Below, one piece after another: positions 37,721-51,192 of a stretch of 64,000 nucleotides of DNA (the first letter of the stretch is position 1; each line of letters begins with the position of its first letter). Source of the stretch: Lama glama (Eukaryota); NCBI GenBank assembly GCA_028534125.1, contig CM052816.1:6450001-6514000 (forward strand). The letters run 5' to 3'. The notes below the pieces were generated by a model that worked only from the letters and a program-made list of their open reading frames with translations, ran no database searches and was not told where the DNA came from. The position numbers and the translations under genes are program-made.

Positions 37721-38159
37721 GTTACTGCAGTGGCCCATGCATGACAGAACTTGAAATGACCGAGTTCCCTGTGGGGTGGGGTGTGTGGGAATACATCACG
37801 TCAGTGATAAGTGAAGCGAGCTCCGCGGCCAACGGCTCCACCTCAGCGTGGCTTTGGTGCTTTTTCTTCACTCGCATCTACATAGCACCCGTTAGAAAGC
37901 ATCTGAAGTGCTGAAGAAACATTTCTCTCCTAGATTTCTGACTTTCATGTGGGAAGTGAAATGGTGGCTTTCTTGGAGGTTTTATGGTCTCTGTCAAATT
38001 GCAAGGATTTAGTGATAAATGATGCTAGAGATTTAATTAAGGGAGAAGTGCATCCGGTAGAGAAGATGGCTGTTTTAAGGAATAAGTGGCACTGAAAAGG
38101 GCTTTGAATGGGAAGAGTTTTCCTATTGTGAGGAAGGTTACAAAAGTGGGCGTAGATTA

Positions 38160-40225
38160 AATCAGCAATGAAATACCACTAATATATCTATCAGAATGGC
38201 TTTAAAAAATGGCAGTACCTAAATGCTGTCCAAAATATGGAACCATAGTTTGTCAGTGTCTTCCAAAACTAACTGTAGTCAAAATCCTAAGTATTAGATG
38301 TTTAAAGCAGCTTTATTAATAATCAGCAATAAATGGAAATAACCAAGATGGTGTTCAATAGGTGAATGGATAAGAAAAACTATGGTGCATTCTTATTTAG
38401 CGATAAAAAGAGATGAGCTATTAAGCCACAAAAAGATAAGAACAAACTTTAAATGCATATGGCTGAGTACAGAAACCATATGAAAAGGCTACATACTATA
38501 TGATTCAAATTATGACTTTCTGGAAAAGGCAAAACTATAAAGATAGTGAAAGATCAGTGGTGGCCAGGATTTCAGAGAGGAACAGAGCTGAATAGATGAA
38601 ATATGAAATACAGGGTTTTTTTTTTTTTAGCATTGTGGAACTACTCCGCATGATACTATAATTGGAGACACATGACATTATGCATTTGTCAGAAGGCATA
38701 GAGCTTTACAGCATACAAGACAGTGCATTGTAACGTATATAAATTTAAAAAAAATCATTTCAGAGAAGGAGAGATCCCAGGAAGGTGTAGATCTTAACAA
38801 GAGACTCTGACTGTATTGCAGATACACGGAACAACCTTACTGAAAAGTGTGGTGCAAAAAGACAGACAAGTAACTTAAGGAAATGAATAGAGGTGGTAAG
38901 CCTAAAGACAAAAGGGACCACATATAATGACTGTACTCTAGTTGATAAAGTTGTATCTCATGGGGATAGAGGTTAACAATTCTGATACTGTCATACATGT
39001 AATCTGAAAACAAATGATTAAGTAAATGGATGGCAGATGGTGGGAACCAGGTATTTCCTGTAGGCATGGGAGTTTATAGACAAGAAGAGAAGAAAGCTAG
39101 AATGATCCATCTGGTGATGGATTAGAGTTGGAGACATCAGTTTGAACTAATATTAAACTTCATAAAAATACACATGGTTACATATAGAAATAGTATAGAT
39201 GTATATTCACAGATTAATGTACACACATATATTTCCTTGCTCTGTCACCTGAGAAGATCTAGCAGCAGTGACAACCCAGTGATAGCACATCTAGCACCCA
39301 GATCTCAGTTTCAAATAGTGCATTCCAATGAAATGAACCAGGATTCACTGGAGAAATCTTTGATTCTAGAACCAGGGCAGAAAACACACAAGATGATTTG
39401 GGAGCACTCTGCAGTGCCAAAAAGTAAAGTTCTCAAAGACCAAAAGATGACTTCGATGGGGATGGGTGGGATGGATATGTCAAAGGGACACACAAGCCAA
39501 CTGAAAGAGTTTCCAATGGATAAGGCAGAATTAATTTGGCCAAAAACAAAGTATTAAATTCTAACCCAAAGTATAAAGTAAATATCAATGTACATATACT
39601 GATATACATAAATAAAGGAATAAGCTGGGGAGAAGGGACAGATGCCCTGTGCAGAAGAATTCCAAATAATTGATGCAGATACTCATCTTTAAGGAGGGGA
39701 AGCACAACTCCTCACTTCTCAAGTGTAGGCTGTGCTTAGTAACTTCCTTCTAAAGACCACTATGTAAAGAGTGAAAAGGTGGAACTTTACAAGAGGGAAG
39801 CAAGACAAACACCTCATGTTGATAGGATGTCTCTGATATTATGTGATGCAAGTGACACTTTATCCCTGGTCATCCTAACACGCACAGAAAATCTTAACTC
39901 CAGTCTAACTAAGAGAAAAATACAAGATGAATTACATTAGACGGACATTCTGTAAAACCTGACCAATACTTCTCAGAATGGTCAAGGACATCACAAGTAA
40001 GAAACGTATGAGAAACTGTCACAGCCAAGAGGAGTCTAAGGAAATATGATGCCTAAATGTATATCCTGGATGAGTTCCTCAAAAGGAAATGGACATTATT
40101 CAGATTTCTGTAGTTTTTACCTAAAGTATGGACTTAAATAATGTGTCGATATTGGTTTATTAGTTGAAACAAATGTACCAACTAATGTAAAATGTTAATG
40201 ATAGGGAAATTGTGAGTTCTAAGTT
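38160..40225 (+). mobile_element. L1MD/L1MC-type 3' end with long 3'UTR
   Basis: 'gcagctttattaataatc', 'gaaaaggctacatactatatgattc', 'ctagaatgatccatctggtgatggattagagttggagacatcag'. Confidence 0.8.
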
Positions 40226-40244
40226 TTATGGATTTACTACGGAA

Positions 40245-40850
40245 CTAAGCAAATTGCCTATTCTCATCAAGCTTACATAGTTTGGGGAGACAGACAAATC
40301 AACCAGTTGAGTGGTTTTAAATACTAAGAAGGGAAATAAAGCAGGGGGAGAAGACACAGAAGAGCATGTTTACACAGGTCAGTCAGGGATGTCCTCACCG
40401 GTAAGTTCGCATTTAACGAGAAACCTAAATAAAATGAAGATCACCTTGTGCATGTGTAGGGAAAAAATATTCCACACAAAGGGAAGGCAGGGGCAAACGT
40501 CTTAAAGGGATGGAATCATTACTGTGTTTGAGGAGCAGCGATGGGGCAGGGGAGTCAGATCAGAGTGAAGTGAGAAGACCAGAGGCAGGATATGATGTCA
40601 GACGAAAAATGGGGCCAAGTGGTAGAGGACTTACAGGCCACGGTGGACTCTGGCTTACCGTGAGGTAAGGATGAAGCCATCGGGGAATTCTGAGGAAAGA
40701 ACTGATAGGATGTAAATGATGTTTTAACAAAAAGAGACAAAGTGATGTCAGCTAGGACTAATGACATTGCAATAACCCAGGCAAAAGGTAATGGTAATTT
40801 CAGCAAGAGTGCTAAGGTGGAGGTAATAAAACAGATTCTAGAAAAATGGC
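40245..40850 (-). mobile_element. L2 fragment
   Basis: 'tgtgtttgaggagcagcgatggggcag', 'gaagccatcggggaattctgag', 'cattgcaataacccaggcaaaagg'. Confidence 0.7.
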
Positions 40851-41688
40851 TTCTGTGTCTATTTCATCTTGCAAACCAAATTGCAAGATGAGAGTGAACA
40901 GGGAACATATTTTAAACTTCTTTCCTATCTTCCCTAGTCCTGCCAGAATACATATGGTCATTAAATATAGGTTGAATAAAGGAATAAAGTCTTGGCAAGA
41001 ACACAGTCTCTTGAGGAGGGGTGAAAATGGGGGGGGGGAGGAGGTGGAGGCTGGCTTGAAGACAGGGCAGGATACCAGGTGCAGGGATTTCTTTCTTGGA
41101 GCCCATCTGGTCAACCACTGAGAAGCAGCCCTTGCACTCTGAGCCCAGCTCGGCCACAACAGACTCTGCAGTTCCTACAAGAGCTGGATGCCGTCTCTAA
41201 GGCTGCATGGAAGCAGCTTGGAAAAGTTTTGTTTGAGAAGTGTCAGCCGATATAATCCCCCAGCACTTAGTGACACACAGTTGCTTGAAAATGCAGCCCA
41301 GAAAAGCTATGATCAATTTCCTGTAAGTGTGATTTGTGAGGGTTATTTGGGGCAATCAACCTGTTATTTCTGCAAGGCTATCTTCACAGGCACAACTCCA
41401 ATTTTGTTAGATGAGTTTTTCTGAAGGCCCTTGGACCGTGATCTCTTATTATGTAGATAATCAGCAGAACCTGCTCCTCCCTTAATGCAAGTGACTGAGA
41501 CCAAGAGCCAGCCCGACGGAGATAAAATCATAGCTTTACTACGTAGCCCATTAACTGGGTAGAAACTGCATCCTGAGGCCATAAACAGTTATTAGCCAGT
41601 TACTGATAACTATAGTCAAATGATGATATTTACATCTGTTGAATAGGGATGAAGCCTCTCTTGGCCTTTCAGCACTCAAATGATTTGC

Positions 41689-42188
41689 TGTCAACTGAAA
41701 AAGAAAATGCACAACCTAAAAGCTGAAAATTATGGTTTTTTTGGCCAACTTCCTGAGGACATCCAGCCCGGGTGACAGCCTCTCAGCTTGCTCTAAGGGG
41801 CTGCTCCAAAGAGGTAAGGCAGGAGCCAGGATACACAGGAGTTTTTGCAGTAAGGACCAGGTACTCTCAACATCAAAAGACTGTTAAATGAAGAAAACCA
41901 GGTATCTCAAGGTAAAGAACTTAGTGCTTTTCTACAGATGGGAAGAGGCAAACGTATGGGCTCACTGAAACTGTTCCTTTGATACGTACCTCAGCTAACC
42001 AGGGCCAGTGTCCTGGGCTTTCCCATCCTGAGTCTCCTCAGGGGGCACCACTGGGGCTGGCTGAGACGGTTATCCTGTTTCCATCCTGAGTTCCCTAAGG
42101 GCTTAGCATCCATCGGTCGTGACGTGATGGCTAGATGACTGCAACATCCTTTGTTTACTGATAAAGCAGGCACTATTTTTCATTCACA
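41689..42188. mobile_element. ERV solo LTR (cetartiodactyl-type)
   Basis: 500 bp TG...CA block; internal repeat 'tttc(c)catcctgagt'. Confidence 0.75.
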
Positions 42189-43104
42189 GTGTTTTAATAT
42201 TCTGGGCAGTAGAATTTCAAAACTTAAAAAGACAAGTCCTTCTGTTTATCTTGAAGACACACACAGTCAGTGACTGTAACTAAAGAATGAGGTGAGTTTT
42301 CCTAGGCTGTTCCTCAATATTATTATCTGTCTATCACCTTTATCTTCATAAAGTGCTTATGTCTCATTGAAGGTGGAACTGAGTTTCATTTTAAGTAGAC
42401 TTGAGACTAGAACCAAGTCTCCTGATCACGCAGCTGTGTGATTCTGAGTGGGTTGGTTTTCCCACCTGCTGCATGAGGAGACTGGACTAGCTCACCTCCA
42501 AGCCCTTTCTTACACAAAATCCACACTGTGGTACCAAGAATTTATTCAGAATGACAGTAACAAAATAAGATTTAGTCTTTGTATATCCCCTCTTTTGCTA
42601 TTTTTTTAAGCAACAGTATTTTATGCATTGTCCTATTTCCCTACGTAGTCCCTGAAATTGAGAAATCGGTTAAATCTAGCAATAACCCTTCTCCAGCTGT
42701 AGATGCAAATTAATGCAAAACATATTGTTTGGGGTTGACTTAACACCCAGGGATGTGTACTTTGAGCTTGTTTTCCAGTTTGTTGCACTAAGGGCGTCTG
42801 CCTTAATTGGAGCTATTTGGACCAGGACACAGTATTTGCTCAGGCAGGCTCCCTGATAAGTACAGAAAACAAAATGTGATCCACAAATAGCACTGAAAGT
42901 TACGTGGATTCAGAGGTCTTCAGTTTAGAAAGAAATTATTTCTGAAAACATGAGCTTTAGAAATTGCAGGTTAACCATTAATTTTCTTTCCTCATTGATA
43001 GTTACTAGTCCCAACTTGAACGTACGTGCATAGGCTGAGTGTCTGGGGATATAGGACCTGTGTGCTTGTGGGGGGAAGTCTTACGCGTACATTACAGCTA
43101 AGGG

Positions 43105-43435
43105 GCACTTACTAAGGTTCATGTATCACTTGCTGTGTGTCCAGGCCCTGGTAAGTTACAGATGGCATAAGACACAATGGGACGAGGATGGCAATGTGAC
43201 CACTGCCCGCAGGGAGGCTCAGGTTGAGTTGAGACTACAAGTTTGAATAGAGAAGAACGGAGGTGCGTATAATCAACGCGTGTTTGTTGAGTTCTGACAC
43301 TAAATGCTAGTGGTGTTTTCTGAACAGGTAGAAGAATCAGGGCAGGCTTCCTGGGCAGTAGGGGACCGTGGAGGAGGCATGAGACTTGGAATGGTGATGA
43401 GGAAGGGAAAGGAAGGATGTCCGAATGCAGGGAAG
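43105..43435 (-). mobile_element. L2 3' fragment
   Basis: 'ttgctgtgtgtccaggccctg', 'aatcagggcaggcttcctgg'. Confidence 0.55.
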
Positions 43436-44359
43436 CCTCATCTTCAAATGTATATTTGAACCTCTTTAAAGAAGCGTCCCATTAAAAAAGTTATAAATAA
43501 TGACAAGCCTTTCCCCAGTTTACTTCCTGCACTACTTTCCAGAGTGGGAAGAAACAGAATTAGACTGATGGGGTCAGTTCATATGGTAATTGTAAGGTGT
43601 TGCACCCTCCAGCATCCCACCCGCCCCACTAGAAATGCCAACAGAGACAACTCCGGGAGCCCTGGATCTTTGCCTCTGCCTTTATCTTCCCAAATTGCTT
43701 CTCATTCTCTTCCTACTTAGCCTTCTCCCACTTCCCCCTCCAGCATGCTAGAACAAAAGGACTTCTCAAGCAGTACACACGATAGGATTCAATCGTGCAT
43801 CACCTGAGTCAAAGAGACACACAAACACAATAAACCTTGTGCTCTTTCTTCCTAAGATTATAAGTGCCCTTCAAAGTTGGTGACGTTACCACCTAGGTGA
43901 CCTGTGGGGCCAGGTGGGGAGAAAAGGATAAGTTGATAAGAACAGTATTCTTCTTTAATATACAAAGGTTCCTGATTCTTACTCACACGTGTTGACTGGC
44001 TAACAGAAGTGGAAGTAGAAGCACAGTTCCACGGTCCCCCCCCGACCATCTCTCCAGCCTTCGAAGGAGCTACCCCTTCAGGTTCACACAGGTATGTAAT
44101 ATTTAGGGGTAGAAACAAAAAGCCACATGTGTGAATCAACCTAATTTTCCTGAGAGAAAGGTATTTTTAGCTGCATAGGTAGGGATAGGTTGGCTTCACA
44201 GTTTACAATGACAATAACCTGAAGACAGGGAAACAGACAAGTTACAATCTCGAAGCCTCACTGTGCTAAACAGGGACAGGTCAGGACTGACCTCACAGGG
44301 TGTCTGTCAGGATAAGGTAGCAAAAGCTTTTTGCAGAGCCACTGACACACAGGATTCAG

Positions 44360-44446
44360 GAGGGAGGGTACAGCTCAGTGGTAGAGCGCATGCTTAGCAT
44401 GTTCAGGGTCCTGGGTTCAATCCCCAGTGCCTCCACTGAAAAACAA
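44360..44446 (+). mobile_element. tRNA-Ala(AGC)-derived SINE (camelid vic-1-like) with TSD
   Basis: A box 'agctcagtgg', anticodon loop 'cttagcat', B box 'gggttcaatccc', A-rich tail; TSD acacagg(a/g)ttcag at 44347-44359 and 44447-44459. Confidence 0.9.
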
Positions 44447-46292
44447 ACACAGGGTTCAGAGTCCCTACTCAAAAGTCCCAGCCTTGTCAATTACTGCCTA
44501 GAGCTGGCTTAGTGACTATCTATGTGGACGATCTGCAAAACTAGAAAATGAGTATTAGATGAATATCTCCTTTTAGTCTCCCCTCATAGATTTGTTTGGA
44601 ACCTCAAATGAAATAATGAGCATGAACGTGCTTTGTAAACTGTGAAGTACTTTAAAATTGGACTTTGTTCCCAGCCACACATCCGACTAAGCTGGGGCCC
44701 ACACAGCCTTGGCTGCTTCTCTGTGAACATTTCCTGTGCCTCCTTCCTGGAAGGCTGCCACCGCCCAGGGCACCAGGAACTTCTCCGTGAAATGACTGAT
44801 TAAAAGTGCGCAGTGATTTGCTTGGCAGAGTGCATGCAGGATTGTATTTGGAAGGCATGGAAATCAAATCAGATTTTTGGACTCGCGAGACTGAGCAGCT
44901 CCAAATCTCTGGAGCAGCTGATGGGTCAGTGGTCAGATGGTATCAGCCTGGTGTCAGGAGCAGGAAGAGGAGAGAGAATCAATGTAAAACTCAGGGAGCG
45001 AAGACCTCCTTGTGACCTGCTGACTGCGTTTATGATTTCTTGGACTCTGGGGCTCAAATGACTCATTTTGGAGGAATGGCCAGCAGCCCACCCTATTTAT
45101 TAGTAAGATACAGAGAATGGAAGTTAAATCCCTTCTACACAGTAAGGGTGAGGGTTCAAGATGTAACATACATGCCAGCAGGTGACCTAGTTCACTCTAA
45201 AACCTGGCGTGTCTTGTCACCCGAGTGAGTGGCAAGCCCATTATCTGCTCCAAGAAGGAAGGGGGTCAACAGACAACTGCTTTGGCAGTTGACTGATTTG
45301 CGGCATCAACTGCTCCAGAGTGATAGTTTCCCTCCCATGTTAGTTTATGTGTAGAAACAAATTTCCTAAGCTTCCTGAGCCCCTTGAATATTTTCAAGTC
45401 AGTGGCTGCTGTCAGATTTATAGCACGAGAGAGACTACCTTCTAAGTCTAAGTCTAAAGTTTGTGGTTTCTAAACTTTCTGGTTTTTAAGAATAAAAATC
45501 CCCTCAAAGGCAGGGTTGTACTGTGGGCTGGGAAGATGAGACCACTCATCTTACAACTAACGCGTTTACAACACTGAAAGTGGCCGTATCACTCTGAGTT
45601 TTGGTACGTTCCTCTCTATCCTGTCTTGTCACTTAGACGGTGAGAGTTCTGAGGTATTGAGGCCCACTGCAGACTGGTCAGAGAAGAAAGAGAAGGGGCA
45701 GTGTGGAGGAGCAGGTGTAGGCAACGGCATAGAAACATTCCTAGCACCTTCTGTACAATTACTCATCTCTGAAAAGTTGTAAATCCCTAGTAATTTTTTT
45801 CACATCGCTAAGATGTGAGCTGCTGGACAGTATCAATTTTTTAACGGAACAGCACATGAAAGCCTTTATCTCTTGCACAAGCATGCAAAGCCACCGTGTT
45901 TGGCAGCAGGGCTGGAAGGCCCGGAGCTGCTGCCCCTTCCTTTCTGACTCCCACAGTGATCACAAGGCACCCTCATGAAGGACCCAGGGTAACCAGGGAC
46001 GTATCTTGGAAATGACTGGCAGGGGTGGTGCCATGACACTCTCTACATCTATAAGGCAGGACACTGACATCAGCCAAGCACAATGCCATGAGGATGTGTA
46101 GATGAATTAAGGTCTGTGGAAGGTATGACAGCCATGGAGGTATGTCACTTGGATCAGTCTGAAAGAAAGAACTTGCTGTTCAGCTACAAACGTGCAGAGA
46201 GCTGCTAATGTCCAGTCATTAGTTCCACGTAGGACCTGCTTCATTTTTTCAGCTAAGGGCACATTCCTCCCAGGCAACGCCAGCCAGTTACT

Positions 46293-46792
46293 NNNNNNNN
46301 NNNNNNNNNNNNNNNNNNNNNNNNNNNNNNNNNNNNNNNNNNNNNNNNNNNNNNNNNNNNNNNNNNNNNNNNNNNNNNNNNNNNNNNNNNNNNNNNNNNN
46401 NNNNNNNNNNNNNNNNNNNNNNNNNNNNNNNNNNNNNNNNNNNNNNNNNNNNNNNNNNNNNNNNNNNNNNNNNNNNNNNNNNNNNNNNNNNNNNNNNNNN
46501 NNNNNNNNNNNNNNNNNNNNNNNNNNNNNNNNNNNNNNNNNNNNNNNNNNNNNNNNNNNNNNNNNNNNNNNNNNNNNNNNNNNNNNNNNNNNNNNNNNNN
46601 NNNNNNNNNNNNNNNNNNNNNNNNNNNNNNNNNNNNNNNNNNNNNNNNNNNNNNNNNNNNNNNNNNNNNNNNNNNNNNNNNNNNNNNNNNNNNNNNNNNN
46701 NNNNNNNNNNNNNNNNNNNNNNNNNNNNNNNNNNNNNNNNNNNNNNNNNNNNNNNNNNNNNNNNNNNNNNNNNNNNNNNNNNNNNNNNNNNN
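46293..46792. other. Assembly gap (500 N)
   Basis: Run of N. Confidence 1.
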
Positions 46793-46905
46793 ATATATTG
46801 ACTGAAGCATTCTGCTGCACACCAGAAATTGATACAATTTTGTAAACTGACTACACATCAATCAATACACACACACATACACACATACATGTAAACACAC
46901 GCACA
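46793..46905 (+). mobile_element. Camelid-type L1 extreme 3' end followed by a (CA)-rich tail; body probably lies in the gap
   Basis: 'ctgaagcattctgctgcacaccagaaattgatacaattttgtaaactgacta' closely matches 56054-56105. Confidence 0.85.
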
Positions 46906-46959
46906 GAGATGAGGGTACCTGGGAAATGAGAAACCCAGGGTATATTGGGGCTTTGTTTT

Positions 46960-47680
46960 TATCTTTTACATATAAAGTTACAGTCATCAAGACAGCATAG
47001 TATCAACATAAGGATGAACATACAAATCAAAGGAACAGAAACAAGTCAAGAAATAAGGTCACGCCAAAGCAACTCGAAGTGGAAAGGACAGTCTCTTCAA
47101 CAAGTAGTGCTGGGAAACCGGACGTCCATGCACAGGTAACTTACATTATGCATGAAACTTAAGATGTATCGTATATCTGAATATGAGAGGTACAGATACA
47201 AAACTTCTAAAATAAAGCACAGGAGACATCCTTTGCTAGTTTGGATGAGGCAAAGATTTCTTAGATTTGACACCAAAAGCATAGCCATAAAGGAAAATAA
47301 AAAGATGAATTTTATCAAAATTAAAATCTTTGGCACTTTAAAATAGACTATTAAGTAAATAAAAATAGAAACCACAGAGTAGGCAAATAACCAGAGACTA
47401 TCTGCCAATTACACATATAATAAATGACTACTATCCAGAATATATAAAGAGTTCCTACAACTGAATAAGGAGATACGCATTTTAAATTGAGAAATATTTA
47501 GAGGAGAAATTATATTTAAAAAGTATACAAATAGCTAATAAGCACAAAAATATGTTCATTACTGTCGATCTTGGTAGATGGGTATACTCACTTGGTAAAA
47601 AAAAATTCAGATGGTTGACTTAAAATGTGTGAGCTGCCCTCTATGTATAATTTAATAAATACTTAACAAAAAAAAAAAGT
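46960..47680 (+). mobile_element. Old L1 ORF2 3' fragment
   Basis: 'cagtctcttcaacaagtagtgctggga', 'ggcaaagatttcttaga', 'tatccagaatatataaaga'. Confidence 0.75.
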
Positions 47681-48091
47681 AAACAACAAGGAAATTGTGA
47701 CCCACTTTAGAAATGGGAATCCTCTTGCGGTCTATTCCAGAATTTCCTCAAACTATTAGGTTTGCTTTTATTTGGGAATGTTTCTTAAAAAGATTGATGA
47801 CAATCATAGGAAACAAACAAGGCAAAACAAATCTGGCCAGCTCATTCTCCAAACCATAGTGGACTTTTTCATGTGCCAGAGAGATACAATCAATTTCAAA
47901 CAGATTTGGTTTCTAAATAAAACGTAGGCTTTTCCTACATTACTAAGACATATATTTTGTGCTTATCAAGGGTACCCATTCAGAATTTCCCCCCTCTTGG
48001 AATACTACTAAATTAATACTGGTATGTTTTTCCACCATAACACTTTAGAAATCCCAGTTCTGTACAGCACTTTAAAATGCTCTCATCCTCC

Positions 48092-48974
48092 CAGCCACGT
48101 ATAAATCAACGAAATTAGAACACTCCCTCACATCATACACAAATATAACCTCAAAGTGGCTTAAAGATTTCAACCTACGACAAGACACCATAAACCTAAA
48201 AGAGAAGAGAAGCAAATCAGTCTCTAATATAAATCACAGGAATGCTCTCCGAGGGCAGTCGACTCAGGCAACAGAAACAAAAGCAAAGAGAAACAAATGG
48301 GACCTAATTGCTTTTATACAAAGGAAACCATAAATAAAGCAAAAAGACAATCTACAGAATGAGAGACAATATTTGCAAATGATACACCTGACAAGCACCT
48401 AATTTCCAGAATATATAAACAGCTCATATAACTCAGTAACAGAAAAAGCAAACCACCAGATCAAAGAAGTGGACCGAAGACCTAACATTTCTCCAAAGAC
48501 GACATACAAATGGCCAAGAGGCACATGAAAAAATGCTCATATATATAGTAGAATACTACTCGGCTATGAAAAGAACAAAATAATGCCATTTGCAGCAACA
48601 TGGATGAACCTGGAGATTGTCTTCCAAGTGAGGTATGCCAGAAAGAGAATGAAAAATACCATATGATATCACTTACATGTAGAATCTTAACAAAGGACAC
48701 AAATGAACTTATTACAAAACAGAGATAGAGAGTCAAAGACATAGAAAACAAACTTATGCTTACTGAGGGGTAGAGGGAAGAGTGGAGGGATAAGTTGGGA
48801 ATTCAGGGTTTGCAGATAATACTATATATAAAATAGATAAACAGCAAGGTCCTACTGTATAGCACAGGGAACTATATTCAATACCTTGTCATAGCCTATA
48901 ATGAAAAAGAATATGAAAAGAATATATATATTATTAAATATATATGTATGTTTGTTTGTTTATTTATTTAAATA
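48092..48974 (+). mobile_element. 5'-truncated L1 with internal deletion (~48540) and 18-bp TSD
   Basis: TSD 'aaaatgctctcatcctcc' (48074-48091) / 'aaaatgctcttgtcctcc' (48975-48992), preceded by TTT (L1 endonuclease-type site). Confidence 0.9.
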
Positions 48975-49719
48975 AAAATGCTCTTGTCCTCCGTAACAAG
49001 AAGCAGTGAACACAGGACCAGTGGTAGCAGCAGCCACTGGGGATCATAAAGAGAACTCCAGACTATGATTTGCAATGATGAGTCCCAGTTAGGAGCTGTC
49101 TGTGGGCCTGGACATGTCACACGATCCGCATGCTGCTACATTTTCCCCTGAACTGGAAATCGTCCGTCTGACTTTCCCTAAGTCATCAGAGTATTGTGAA
49201 GGTCAAATGAGATAAAAGTTTTTCAAGGTGCTTCCCCATGCACTCAGTGTCATCCGAGGCTATGTCTTGGTATTATTAACAGCAGCAAGTATACAAGTTA
49301 GAAAATTTAATTTGCTTTCTGTTGTGCAGCATTTAAAATTGAGGTTACAATGAGTTCCTTGAAAAGTGCCTTATCTGCAAATATTATGTTTCTCCATTTG
49401 GTCTAGAAATGGGTTCGCTAATGATCTGCATAACAAGCTTGAATTCGACATGATCCCTGTGGCAGTATAATTCTGCAGAAGGAGATGAGATATAAACGTG
49501 GAAGGTCTCAACACCATTTCCACCCCCACCACACCTAAGATGGACAGCACACATCATGGCCACTGATGATACTCCTCCAGCTAAGAGAGCAGGGGATGGT
49601 AAAAGCACATCTTCCTACAGCAGGTGACTAGATGGGGGTGGAGGAGTTAGTGGTTCGAGGGCCAGGCCCCTCCCATGGAAGACTCCGACGTGCCCTCCTG
49701 GGGAGGATAAGGACAGTAA

Positions 49720-50160
49720 GGACCATGATGATAGGAGCTAACATTTCTCACCTACTACAAGCCAGACCTGGTGCTAAGCACTCGACTTGCATTTACTCCT
49801 AACTAGTCTTCTGCGTGGCAACTAAAGGGATTTTTTTTTTTGTAACGTAGATTCTATTATGTCACTTTGGTGCTTAAAACCTTCTTGGGGATTGCCCTTC
49901 CTTATAAAGCAAAATCTTCCTGTACCCTGTTCTACCTTTAAGACCCTTGTGTGGCCTGTCCCTGCCTGTCTCTCTGACCTAGCAAGTGCCACTCTTCCTG
50001 GGGCTCATTCACTCCAGCCACACTGGCTCACGGCTTTGGCCTTTGTTGTTTCTTTTCCCAGGAACATCCTCACTCTTAATGATCATGGAATAGGTTCCTT
50101 TTGCTCGGAGCTCAATGGCATCTCTACCAAAAGGCCTTTCCTGACCATGCCCCCTGAAAT
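49720..50160. mobile_element. MIR fragment (minus) followed by L2 fragment (plus)
   Basis: 'gctaacatttct..ggtgctaagcact'; 'atgtcactttggtgcttaaaacctt..cactccagccacactgg..aaggcctttcctgacca'. Confidence 0.65.
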
Positions 50161-51192
50161 AGACTCAGAAGGATTAATTCACTTGCCCTGGACACACAGG
50201 GGCAAGGCAACAATTTGAATCTAAGACCTTCAAAAGCTGGGGTCAAAAGAAGTTATCATGGAAATTATCAAAGTGTAGGGGTTTATCTTAATCCTAAGAA
50301 AACAACTGAGGTTGAAAACTCAGATTCCAGTTGAAACAAAAATTCTTCCTGACTCTCAGTTGGGCTCCTTTTTCTATTTAGTCCAGAAAGAACTAAAATT
50401 AACATAATAAGGCCACATTTCAGAGTGACAGAAAGGGAGAATGTGATTAAGGAGATGAAAATGAAGGAAATTTCAGACCTCCTATCTCCCTTTAGGAAAG
50501 CTCCATTATTTCTCCTCATTAAAGTAACTGTTGGTCTAATGCCAGGTATTCCCATCAAATGGACCTAATAAGACACTGGAAACTGAATAAACACTTTGCG
50601 TGGTAATAACAAGTGATGGAGGCAAAAGGTGAAATCTCCACGTAAAAATAACCTATTCCTCATTGAAATTTCCAAGAGGCCAAGGGTCACCCAGCTGAGA
50701 TAATTGCTAAGTAAGACTGGACAGTCTAGGCGAGAAGCCAGACCAGTACCGCAGTGTTACAATGGGTCAGCCATCAATTAGATTTCTGGCTTTTGATTAA
50801 ATGTCACTGAATGATTAACTGATTAATCCTCAGGTCTTTCTAGAAGAAACCCTAGTGCAGCATACTAAGCTATAGCCCAGTAGTTTTTAGACAAATTCTT
50901 CTCTTTGGCACAGAAGTCTTTTGAAAAATTTCATGACGCACAGTATTTTACTTTCTTCCTAGCAGCCGTGTTCAGCTTCTGTTTCACTTGGTAATTACTA
51001 AGAAGTGCACTCCCTTCACTGAAGGCATGGCTTGGTGAATTTAACATTTCCCTCTATGCTTATCTATAGGAACATTCAGGTAAGAATGCCTTGGACCAAG
51101 AAAGCTTAATGCAAATTCAAAGTAATTTTCTATAGACTGATTTGGGAGGCAGTAAAGTCAAACCGCCTGGGTTCACACCCAGCTCCTATGTC

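Noticed and set aside
37395..38150. Possible ancient Tigger-like remnant hosting the transduction
   Set aside because: Resemblance too weak to call without a Dfam search
44360..44436. Functional tRNA-Ala gene
   Set aside because: TSD, A-rich tail, extra 5' bases and stem mismatches indicate a retroposed SINE
46107..46861. Long ORFs (202-237 aa) in the ORF track
   Set aside because: Artefacts of translating through the N gap
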